Below, in pieces: positions 38,196 to 46,374 of a stretch of 53,185 nt of DNA (its first letter is position 1; each line of letters begins with the position of its first letter). The DNA is from a virus. Taxonomy: Duplodnaviria > Caudoviricetes. Under the pieces are notes generated by a model. That model did not search any database, had not been told where the DNA came from, and saw only the letters and a program-made list of their open reading frames with translations. A program made the translations under genes and the position numbers. Location of the stretch: IMG/VR virus record IMGVR_UViG_3300032770_000027, positions 1-53,185 of that record; one strand, 5' to 3'.

Positions 38196-38707
38196 ACACT
38201 GTCGGAAAAATTATCCCGCCACAATGTCTGGTCACCGAGCGGGAAAAACTCCGCAAGTATGAATTCAAGGTCATTGTCACCAACGGGTGTTTTGACATCC
38301 TTCATTCCGGCCACGTTGACTATCTGGAAAAAGCTGCGTCCATGCTTGATGACTACAGGGGTCATAGCATGGCGTTCCTGCTCGTCGGATTGAACAGCGA
38401 TGATTCAGTCAGAAAGTTGAAAGGTCCAACCCGACCCATAAACAATCAGAACGACCGCGCCCGCGTGCTGGCTGCACTTGAATGTGTTGATGGGGTTTGC
38501 ATCTTTTCCAATGTGAGAGCAACTGAATTTTTGAAGGTGGCACAACCTGACTATTACGTAAAAGGCGGAGATTACACACTCGAAACCTTGGACAAGGATG
38601 AACGTGCTGCACTCGAATTCATGGGGACGAAAATCACATTTTTCCCAACCACAACCGGAAAATCCACGTCAGAAACCTTGGCCAAAATCCAATTGACAAT
38701 GCCGTGA
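38192..38707 (+). CDS. D-glycero-beta-D-manno-heptose-1-phosphate adenylyltransferase (HldE/RfaE domain II)
   Basis: TNGCFDILHSGHVDYL...VGLNSDDSVRKLKGPTRPIN...RARVLAALECVD...VKGGDY...GKSTS. Confidence 0.9.
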   Translation: MNTVGKIIPPQCLVTEREKLRKYEFKVIVTNGCFDILHSGHVDYLEKAASMLDDYRGHSMAFLLVGLNSDDSVRKLKGPTRPINNQNDRARVLAALECVDGVCIFSNVRATEFLKVAQPDYYVKGGDYTLETLDKDERAALEFMGTKITFFPTTTGKSTSETLAKIQLTMP

Positions 38708-38795
38708 TCGGGATTTAATAGTTGAGTGTTAAGTAAGCACTCATTCGTCTTACTCAATGGGTTTGGTTCGGCTGCCGGAGTCGTGTCCGGCAGCC
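38693..38795 (+). promoter_or_regulatory. Candidate portal promoter and structured leader
   Basis: TTGACA at 38693; hairpins 38723-38743 and GGCTGCCGGA/TCCGGCAGCC at 38770-38795. Confidence 0.45.
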
Positions 38796-38832
38796 ACTTT
38801 CGTAGTGGAGGGTCGATGAAAAGGATTTCAAG

Positions 38833-41148
38833 ATGAACTTTACATCGGCTCAGGCGTTGGAACAGGTAATCTGGCAGATGCGGCTGGCTGATTACCCAAG
38901 ATCTCTGAACCGCAGCCGGATTGACGACCTGTTTAACGGGGTTCCGCCCTATTCCGCAACGGAAGTTGAACAGAACAATTACTCCACCAACGTCAACTTT
39001 CTCGAATCCACAAAAATTGCGCACGACGCCCGCCGACAGTTTTACAATGCCTTCTCCGTTCCTGATCCGGTCTTTTTCGTAAACTTGGATCGCGGTCCAA
39101 AACACAAACGCCGTGAATGGTCATCGAGGATTACCAAAATCCTCGGCAAGATCATGAAAAACAGCATGGCGTTCCATGAGCTTCAGCGCGGACAATTTGC
39201 AAACGTTGTGCTGCACGGGATCGGACCATCAATCTGGGAGGACAAATACAGTTGGTGTCCAATTGATGTTGGAGTCGAGGACGTTCTTGTGCCGGCCAAC
39301 ACCCTGACCAGCATGAGAAATCTCGTGTTCCGCGCCGTGTTCCGGCAATACACCGCGATGGAGTTGTGGAAGATGACACACGGTCCAAGTGTGGATAAGG
39401 CGTGGAATATTCCGGCAGTTGAATCAGCAGTAAAATGGGCGGATCAGGAAGCGCGTCTGTTGATGGGAACAAGCTGGCCGGAAACATGGAGTCCGGAAAA
39501 AATGTCGGAACGAATCAAATCAGACGGTGGACTTTATGCGAGCGACGTTTTACCAACCATCGACTGCTTTGACTTTTTATTCTGGGATGATGATGGGAAA
39601 CGCTCGGGATGGAAACGCCGGATAATTCTGGACGCGTGGGGCAATCCGGGGGTTGGTGCTTCTGCTCAGATTCCGGAAAAATTGAAGCAGATGACTTCGT
39701 CCAAAACCCGGTTCAAGGACATTGACGATTTCCTCTACAACTCAAAGGACAGGATTTACTGTGACAATATATCTCAATCCACCCACTGGCAATTCGCCGA
39801 CGCTTCGAGTGTCGCCCCCTTCCGGTATCATTCGGTTCGCTCAATCGGCTTCCTCTTATATGCCGTTTGTCACCTACAGAATAGGTTGCGTTGCAAGTTC
39901 AACGACGCAGTGTTTGAGAACCTGCTGCAATACTTCAGAGTCACAAATCCTACCGACATGGACCGGGTCACGCGGATCAACCTCGTGGATAAAGGCGTGA
40001 TCGAGGAAGGAGTAAATTTTGTTCGCCCGGAGGAACGCTGGAAGTTTGATCATGACATTGTCCAGTCTGCAATGCAGCTCAATCGTCAGACCATGTCGGA
40101 CAACTCGGCATCGTTCACTCAGGATTTTGATTTTTCGAAAGAGAATCAGGAGGAAACGGCAACCCGCACAATGGCCAAAGTCAACGCGACCGCCGCATTG
40201 GTTGGAGCAATGCTTAATCAGGCTTACAACTATCAAATTTTCCAGTATCGGGAAATGGCCCGACGGTTCTGCATTAAAAATTCCCGCGATCCAGAAGTTA
40301 GAAAGTTTCGGGTTCTCTGTTTCAAAGAAAACATCCCGGATTATGCACTGGACAGCGAGGCGTGGGACATCAGCCCCAACCGGGTTGTCGGAGGCGGCAA
40401 CAAAGTTCTGGCCGTTGCCATTGCCGACAAGCTCATGAGTGTCGTCAACCGGCTCAATCCGGAGGCTCAACAGGAAGTGGACCGGCTTTACATCGCCACC
40501 TATACCGACGATTGGGATCTGGCCGAACGGCTCGTGCCCGAAGAGCGCCGGATCAGCAATTCGACCTATGCAGGTCAGCTTGCCGCCGGATCACTCATGG
40601 AAGGATTGCCGGTCAAAGCTCCGGACGACATCAACCGGATCGACTACACCGAAGCGCTGTTGGCCGATCTCGCATTCATCATCCAGAAAATTGAAGCCAA
40701 GGGCGGCATGGCCACTCCGGAACAGGTGGAAGGCTTGCAGAACATGTCCAAGCATATCAGCGAGCAGGTGGCATCAATCGCCCAAGATCCACAGGAGAAA
40801 GAACGGGTTAAAAAATATAACGACGCACTTTCCGGGTTCAATAACCGCATCAAAGCCTACATCCAGCGGCTTCAGAAATCTGCCGCAGCGGGTCAACAGG
40901 GTGGTGGAGGGATGGATGGCAAAGACGCGGCGAAAATCCAATCGCAAACGCTGTTGGCTCAGAACAAAGCCAAGCTTGCATCAGAATCTCACGCCCAGCG
41001 CACCGCCCAACGTCAATTGCAGTTCGAGCAACAGATGCGTCAGGATCAGGAAAAGCACCAGATGGAGCTGCAAAAAGAAGCGCTTGAAACCACGCACAAC
41101 ATGGCGATAAGCCGGCTGAAATCAATGAACGGAGAACATGATGAGTAA
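38833..41148 (+). CDS. Portal protein (P22-like, long C-terminal barrel helix)
   Basis: 771 aa downstream of terL; LHGIG, an ETATRT motif like the portal TATE, and a Q-rich C-terminal helix. Confidence 0.8.
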   Translation: MNFTSAQALEQVIWQMRLADYPRSLNRSRIDDLFNGVPPYSATEVEQNNYSTNVNFLESTKIAHDARRQFYNAFSVPDPVFFVNLDRGPKHKRREWSSRITKILGKIMKNSMAFHELQRGQFANVVLHGIGPSIWEDKYSWCPIDVGVEDVLVPANTLTSMRNLVFRAVFRQYTAMELWKMTHGPSVDKAWNIPAVESAVKWADQEARLLMGTSWPETWSPEKMSERIKSDGGLYASDVLPTIDCFDFLFWDDDGKRSGWKRRIILDAWGNPGVGASAQIPEKLKQMTSSKTRFKDIDDFLYNSKDRIYCDNISQSTHWQFADASSVAPFRYHSVRSIGFLLYAVCHLQNRLRCKFNDAVFENLLQYFRVTNPTDMDRVTRINLVDKGVIEEGVNFVRPEERWKFDHDIVQSAMQLNRQTMSDNSASFTQDFDFSKENQEETATRTMAKVNATAALVGAMLNQAYNYQIFQYREMARRFCIKNSRDPEVRKFRVLCFKENIPDYALDSEAWDISPNRVVGGGNKVLAVAIADKLMSVVNRLNPEAQQEVDRLYIATYTDDWDLAERLVPEERRISNSTYAGQLAAGSLMEGLPVKAPDDINRIDYTEALLADLAFIIQKIEAKGGMATPEQVEGLQNMSKHISEQVASIAQDPQEKERVKKYNDALSGFNNRIKAYIQRLQKSAAAGQQGGGGMDGKDAAKIQSQTLLAQNKAKLASESHAQRTAQRQLQFEQQMRQDQEKHQMELQKEALETTHNMAISRLKSMNGEHDE

Positions 41149-41560
41149 CCCAAAACCATTCGACAAAATTGAAATCGAATTCATCGACCACAAAAAACAG
41201 CGCTATGATACGTGTGGGGATTGGCGGTTTGTGAAGGGTGTTGGCGATGAGAAAATCCTGCTGATCTCCGTTTCCAAGCTTTCGGACTGGCGACGCGAAA
41301 TTCTGATCGCCATCCATGAGGCTGTCGAAGTTTGCCTGTGCGCTTACGATGGTGTGAGTCAGGAAGTGGTGGATAAATTTGACACGGAATATGAAGCCCA
41401 CCGGCATCCCGACAATGAGGATGAACCGGGTGACGATCCGTCAGCTCCCTACATGCGTCAACATTGCATTGCCACCGGCATCGAACGCACGTTGGCAGCA
41501 TGGTTGAATGTGTCATGGAAAGAATACGAGGAAGAATTGGGAACACTTGAATGGAAGTAG
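41138..41560 (+). CDS. Small metal-binding protein (HExxE, zincin-like)
   Basis: IAIHEAVE...QHCIATGIE. Confidence 0.55.
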   Translation: MMSNPKPFDKIEIEFIDHKKQRYDTCGDWRFVKGVGDEKILLISVSKLSDWRREILIAIHEAVEVCLCAYDGVSQEVVDKFDTEYEAHRHPDNEDEPGDDPSAPYMRQHCIATGIERTLAAWLNVSWKEYEEELGTLEWK

Positions 41561-42846
41561 CCAACATAATTGCCGCAATCATTGATAACGGCATGTTTTT
41601 TGGTCTCGCCCAGCAATTGGCCAGATCATTCAAGAAGGTCTATTACCACTATCCGTCATGGCAGCGCGGGTTTCCCACCTGCCGCGACGGTTCCATCGGC
41701 GATGGTTTCCCTGAAGTGATTCTGGCAGATGACCTGTGGCGGATCAAAAACGACGTTGGAGTTTTTATCTGCCCGGACATCCAACATTCCGGAATTCAAG
41801 CCGAGCTGGAAAGTCAGGGCAAACTGGTGTGGGGTTCCCGTAGTGGTGATTCTCTGGAATTGTTCCGAGGCAAGTTCATGAAAATCGTCCACGATGTTGG
41901 ATTGGATGTCGCGCCTTACGAGGAAGTAGTCGGACTGAAAAATCTCACCGCGCTACTAACCCGGGAAGATAACAAATACATCAAGATCAGCCGGTGGCGC
42001 GGAGACATGGAAACGTGGAGGCACTTCAACATCGAACTGTCCCGGCAAAAATTATTACATCTGGCCCGACGTTTTGGACCGCTGGCGGATCAGGTTCACT
42101 TTCTGGTTTTTGACCCAATCGAAACCAACATCGAAGTTGGATATGACGGATACTGCATCGACGGCTGGTTCCCAAACGTCGCCATTCACGGAATCGAAAA
42201 GAAGAACGAAGCTTACATCGGCGCAATCCAGCCTTATGACGAACTGCCGGAACAGGTGCGCGAGGTCAATGAGCGAATGTCGGAGGTTTTGGGAAAACAT
42301 AATTACCGGAATTTTTTCTCAAGCGAGATCCGGATCAAGGATGACAAATTTTACTTCATCGACCCTACTTGCCGGGCCGGAATCCCATCCGGAGACGGCC
42401 AATTTTTGTTATACAAAAATCTGCCGGAAATAATTTTGGCGGGCGCGGCTGGCGACGTGATAGAACCGGAATATACCAAAAAGTTTGTCGTTCAACTTCT
42501 GATTTCCCACGACGACGATCATGCCGACTGGCGGGACATTCAGGTGCCGGACGATGTCATGCCTTACGTGCGATTGTTCGCCCCGGTAAAATGCGGCGGG
42601 GTCTACAGCATTTCACCATCCTGCGACAGCGAAAACACGATTGGGTCCGTTCTGGGTGAAGGAGACACCATCGACGAAGCGATCGAGCACGCAAAAAACA
42701 ACTCTGCCAAGTTGGAGAATAATCCGATTTCAATCAAAACGGATGCCATCACCGATGTTTTAAAGGAAATGCACGCCGCTCGGGAGCACGGAATTGAAAT
42801 GACGGAAGAAGAAATTCCAGAACCGGCATCACTTTTGGACTCTTGA
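41551..42846 (+). CDS. ATP-grasp ligase (PurD/GARS-like)
   Basis: LELFRGKFMK, YIKIS, IEVGYDG, YRNFFSSEIRI...YFIDPTCRAGIP; C-terminal GDTIDEA. Confidence 0.7.
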   Translation: MEVANIIAAIIDNGMFFGLAQQLARSFKKVYYHYPSWQRGFPTCRDGSIGDGFPEVILADDLWRIKNDVGVFICPDIQHSGIQAELESQGKLVWGSRSGDSLELFRGKFMKIVHDVGLDVAPYEEVVGLKNLTALLTREDNKYIKISRWRGDMETWRHFNIELSRQKLLHLARRFGPLADQVHFLVFDPIETNIEVGYDGYCIDGWFPNVAIHGIEKKNEAYIGAIQPYDELPEQVREVNERMSEVLGKHNYRNFFSSEIRIKDDKFYFIDPTCRAGIPSGDGQFLLYKNLPEIILAGAAGDVIEPEYTKKFVVQLLISHDDDHADWRDIQVPDDVMPYVRLFAPVKCGGVYSISPSCDSENTIGSVLGEGDTIDEAIEHAKNNSAKLENNPISIKTDAITDVLKEMHAAREHGIEMTEEEIPEPASLLDS

Positions 42847-42884
42847 CATGCACGGCGTTTGGTGCAATCCCTAACTTTAACGGT

Positions 42885-43133
42885 ATGCCAGACTCTGAAC
42901 CATATTGGGATTTTACGCATCGAGATTATCGGCCAGATCATCAACCAACTCCGACGCCGCGAGGGGTTCCGCTTGGGCCGATTCATCCGAGCAAGGCGGC
43001 AAAGATGCTATGCAAACCAGCAAGAAAGCACGCGCCAAACAAAAACATGTCGCTCGCCGGAGGGGGAAGAGTTCGCGGCGGAGCAGCGCGGGGTGGATCA
43101 ATCAGAAGCTCAGGCGGATCATCAAAGAAATAA
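42885..43133 (+). CDS. Small basic G/R-rich protein
   Basis: Start MPDSEP at 42885; RGG-rich tail. Confidence 0.5.
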   Translation: MPDSEPYWDFTHRDYRPDHQPTPTPRGVPLGPIHPSKAAKMLCKPARKHAPNKNMSLAGGGRVRGGAARGGSIRSSGGSSKK

Positions 43134-43136
43134 TGT

Positions 43137-43412
43137 ATGCACCTGACGCCTCGACAAAGCTTTCTGGCCAGCAATCACAAGAGATTTTTCCACGACGCGG
43201 TGGCGACTGACTGGTTTCATTCGGCTATTGAAACCTCACTCGTAATGATGCAGTATGAGTTGAAAGGTCCGCCGGACATGGCCACTGCCGCGTCCCACGC
43301 GTGGAGAATGGAGGGAGCGAAACAGTTCATCAAGATTTTGATGGACTTGACTGAAACCGAAAAGAAAGCCCCACCCAAAGTGGAGCAAAACCTTGACCAT
43401 ACACTAACCTGA
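43137..43412 (+). CDS. Small protein upstream of the scaffold gene
   Basis: 91 aa; the xEGA helix resembles small portal-scaffold linker genes. Confidence 0.6.
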   Translation: MHLTPRQSFLASNHKRFFHDAVATDWFHSAIETSLVMMQYELKGPPDMATAASHAWRMEGAKQFIKILMDLTETEKKAPPKVEQNLDHTLT

Positions 43413-43414
43413 TT

Positions 43415-44734
43415 ATGCCCGCTGAAGCCCCTCCCGTTTCCGCAATCCCAGTTTCCGCACCGTTACCCTCACCCGGCTCTGCCGACGCCGGACAATCGCA
43501 GTCGCCGTCAGCCGGCGCTGACTTCGACAGTTATTTCACCAATGAACCACCCGCCCCAACTCCCGGGCCGGGCAAGCCGGCCAACAAAAGCGGAGACCCT
43601 ATTGGCAAACCAGCCACGCCACCGGTTAAAGAAGTTCCAATCCGACCTGAAGCGGCTGGCAGTGGAAAGAAAAATGAGCAACCGACCGAAAAACCAGCCG
43701 AACAAGCCAAACCTGACAATGGATCTCCTGTTAAGGGGGATAAAAATTTACCGGGAGACAATGCGAAGCCGGAAGCTGGAAAGGCGGATAAAAAGCCTAG
43801 AGAAACACCTTGGCAAATAATCCACCGCTACGAAAAGGAATTGGGCGATCTCCGGAAAGAAAAGGAGACGTGGACCAAACAGACAAACGGCGACCATCCG
43901 GAACTGAAATCTGCCAAGGAACAGCTCACGGCTTTGCAAAAACGGGCTGAGGATCTGGAAACGCGCCTGAAGTTCGCCGATTACAGCCAGTCTGACGAGT
44001 TCAAGGAAAAATACGAAGCTCCATTCCTTGATGCCTACATGGCTGGCCGGTCCCGCGCCGCCGGACTGATGGTCAACGTCGAAGGCCAGAACCCGCGCAA
44101 GGGCACGGCTGAAGATTTCGACACAATCATGAGCATTCCAAATGACGATCAAGCCGCTGAAGCCGCGATTGAAATGTTTGGGAGTAAAGCTCCGCTCGTG
44201 ATGTTCCACCGGGAAAAGGTCATGGAGCTGAACGGGGTCAAAAACAAGGCTCTTGAGGATTACCGGACAAAGGGATCTGAAACCTCCAAAAAAGCCAAAG
44301 AAGCAACCGAAAAGCAGATGGTTCAAATTGCCGGTGAGATAGAAAATCTCTGGAAAAACCATGTCGAAGCACCCCGGGAAAAATATACTCAGTATTCGAA
44401 ACCGGTAGAGGGTGACGACGAAGGGAACAAACTGCTGGAAAGGGGCTATACTCAGTCACACGAGGCTTTTTCAAACCTGAACCCATTTGACCCCAAACTC
44501 GATGCAAAACAGCGCGAGCGGATCGTCAGGCTTCACGGCATGGTCCTTAATAAGTCAGCGTGGTTCGATCGGGTAGCATTAAGAGCCACCCGTGCCGAAG
44601 CCCGGGCCAAGGAGCTGGAAGCCAAATTGGCTGAATTCGAGGCATCCGAACCCGGAGCAGACAACGGGAAGGGTCGCGGCAAAGCTCCTGTGACCGACAA
44701 TTGGGAAGCCCAGATGGAAAAATATGCCAAGTAA
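43415..44734 (+). CDS. Putative capsid scaffolding protein
   Basis: P/A/E/K-rich disordered N-terminus and long coiled coils; last gene of the packaging operon. Confidence 0.6.
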   Translation: MPAEAPPVSAIPVSAPLPSPGSADAGQSQSPSAGADFDSYFTNEPPAPTPGPGKPANKSGDPIGKPATPPVKEVPIRPEAAGSGKKNEQPTEKPAEQAKPDNGSPVKGDKNLPGDNAKPEAGKADKKPRETPWQIIHRYEKELGDLRKEKETWTKQTNGDHPELKSAKEQLTALQKRAEDLETRLKFADYSQSDEFKEKYEAPFLDAYMAGRSRAAGLMVNVEGQNPRKGTAEDFDTIMSIPNDDQAAEAAIEMFGSKAPLVMFHREKVMELNGVKNKALEDYRTKGSETSKKAKEATEKQMVQIAGEIENLWKNHVEAPREKYTQYSKPVEGDDEGNKLLERGYTQSHEAFSNLNPFDPKLDAKQRERIVRLHGMVLNKSAWFDRVALRATRAEARAKELEAKLAEFEASEPGADNGKGRGKAPVTDNWEAQMEKYAK

Positions 44735-44743
44735 AAAATTTTG

Positions 44744-44772
44744 TTGACAGGCACGTCTCAGTTTGAGATAGT
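44744..44772 (+). promoter_or_regulatory. Sigma70-like promoter
   Basis: A/T tract, then TTGACA-17 nt-GATAGT. Confidence 0.55.
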
Positions 44773-44783
44773 GTCCACGATTA

Positions 44784-44860
44784 AATGAGTGGAAAGAACA
44801 GATTAGTTTATGATTTCCGGTTACCTCAACCGGGAAACTGGCCTGTTCGGGTCATTCATT
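44784..44860 (+). ncRNA. Long imperfect hairpin (leader or small RNA)
   Basis: Nested stems AATGAGTGG/TCATTCATT, GAACAG/CTGTTC, TTAGTTT/AAACTGG and CCGGTT/AACCGG; G-U pairs favour the plus strand. Confidence 0.55.
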
Positions 44861-44867
44861 CAATCCT

Positions 44868-44901
44868 CCTACCGGTCTAACAGCCGGTAGGTGTTTTGTT
44901 T
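44868..44901 (+). terminator. Intrinsic terminator
   Basis: CCTACCGG-8 nt-CCGGTAGG followed by TGTTTTGTTT. Confidence 0.7.
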
Positions 44902-44942
44902 CAAAGTATCGGCAGACGGATTCATACCGCAGGCTCTGTCCG

Positions 44943-45153
44943 GCAGCAGCGACAACCTGTAAAACCCGGAAACGGGAGAATGTAGCAGACCCGTCCCCGT
45001 AAACAGGCCGCAAGCTACCGGTCGGCCACAATCCGGACAATAGTCCGGGCAAGGGTGATGACGGGAGGGAGTAAAGGCTATATGCTTGGCTCCAAGAAAC
45101 AGGTGAATCCGACCTGACTCCGTAACCAATCGGAGCACAGGGAAAGCTGCTGC
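44943..45153 (+). ncRNA. Unclassified ~210-nt multi-junction structured RNA upstream of an HNH gene
   Basis: Closing stem GCAGCAGC/GCTGCTGC with about nine mutually compatible nested helices, including a GAAA tetraloop hairpin. Confidence 0.6.
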
Positions 45154-45171
45154 TTTCACCAAGAAACAGGA

Positions 45172-45477
45172 ATGAGTAGAAGATCGGAATACTACCGATA
45201 CCTTGAATCTGGTCACTGGAAAAGTTTAAGAGCTAAAGTTTTTAATCGTGATGATCATCGTTGCACCAATTGCAAGACCGAAAAGAACCTCGTCGGACAT
45301 CATCTTCGATACAGAAACCCACTCACCAGATGCACTGAAAAAGATGTTGTAACACTGTGCAAATCGTGCCATAAAAAGGAGCACAGAAGATTAGCAGCGT
45401 TACGCAAATTGAACCGGAAACCAAAGTCCAATCGACATCTTGTGAAACTGATTATGAATTTCTCAGCAGAATTTTAA
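45172..45477 (+). CDS. Small HNH endonuclease
   Basis: YLESGHWKSLRAKVFNRDDHRCTNC...GHH...VTLCKSCHKKEH. Confidence 0.88.
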   Translation: MSRRSEYYRYLESGHWKSLRAKVFNRDDHRCTNCKTEKNLVGHHLRYRNPLTRCTEKDVVTLCKSCHKKEHRRLAALRKLNRKPKSNRHLVKLIMNFSAEF

Positions 45478-45562
45478 TCAGATGGTCGGACGAGCGGTCC
45501 TTGGTCCGGTTAGAAATGAGCTGGACCTGCGCGATGACTCCGACCGCCAATTTAACTGAACC

Positions 45563-45751
45563 ATGAACAAGAACCAGCGCCGATTCCGAAAGACTGCCAG
45601 CCGTAACGGGGGTGAGACACTCACCGTCCACAAGCAATACGACAGCACGTGCCGGCAGGGGAAGCCAACTGAACTTTCCCTTGTCCGGAGATCCATCCCG
45701 ATCGGCCACCAACCCCAGAAATCAAAACGGCCCAAAGTGGCCGGGAAATAA
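45563..45751 (+). CDS. Small basic hypothetical protein
   Basis: 62-aa ORF in the plus-strand run. Confidence 0.4.
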   Translation: MNKNQRRFRKTASRNGGETLTVHKQYDSTCRQGKPTELSLVRRSIPIGHQPQKSKRPKVAGK

Positions 45752-45850
45752 TCATGAACCGGTTTGGGATTGCGGCGGTGTGTTGTCTCACTGGTTATAT
45801 TACATCCCCAGCCCGGTAACCGCATAAAAGCCGGGCACTGATTTGAATGA

Positions 45851-46345
45851 ATGATCATCAAAAAAGGATCAGCAATTTATCTCGCCGACCATTCTCTCCT
45901 CACCGGCAAACTGATGGGCCTGCTCCGGGACAGCGAGGGCAAGCGTCAAGGCTGGAAACACAAAGCCCTGAACGATCAGGACACTTTGGATCGGATGGAA
46001 TGGCAGCATATCGTCGGAGCGACCGGCGAACTTGCCTTCTCCAAAATGACAGCTCTCAGATGGTCGGAATCTTACAATGCGGACCCGCACGATCCAGACG
46101 TGTTCCCGGATTGGCAGGTGAGGACACGCACTGTTCATGGTGGTGCGTTGCCAATCCGGGACCGGGATCTGCCACACCAGCGGTTTGTCCTGATGTATGT
46201 CGGATCCGATCCGTCACTCTATTTCTTCTGCGGATGGATCTGGGGCGGGATGGGAATGCAGGAGAAGTGGCGGTGCGATCCGGGCAATCGCGGGTCGTCC
46301 TGCTTCATGGTGCCACAAACTGAACTGAACGATTTGGACTTATGA
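45851..46345 (+). CDS. PD-(D/E)XK-like nuclease-fold protein
   Basis: GATGELAF...PDVFPDWQVRT pattern. Confidence 0.5.
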   Translation: MIIKKGSAIYLADHSLLTGKLMGLLRDSEGKRQGWKHKALNDQDTLDRMEWQHIVGATGELAFSKMTALRWSESYNADPHDPDVFPDWQVRTRTVHGGALPIRDRDLPHQRFVLMYVGSDPSLYFFCGWIWGGMGMQEKWRCDPGNRGSSCFMVPQTELNDLDL

Positions 46346-46374
46346 CCACCCCAACACAACCAACGGCGCGGGAG
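46340..46374 (+). repeat. Direct repeat A, copy 1 (copy 2 at 47135-47169)
   Basis: 35 nt with 1 mismatch; encodes MTTPTQPTARE. Confidence 0.9.

Noticed and set aside
41551-42846. Bona fide purD auxiliary metabolic gene
   Set aside because: It lacks the PurD N-terminal GxGGREHA motif and has no purine-pathway context; only the ATP-grasp fold is supported.
44943-45477. Group I/II intron or IscB/IS200-IS605 element
   Set aside because: No interrupted host gene, no group II domain V motif seen, and the ORF lacks RuvC, PLMP and RT motifs. The locus is kept as an unclassified RNA.
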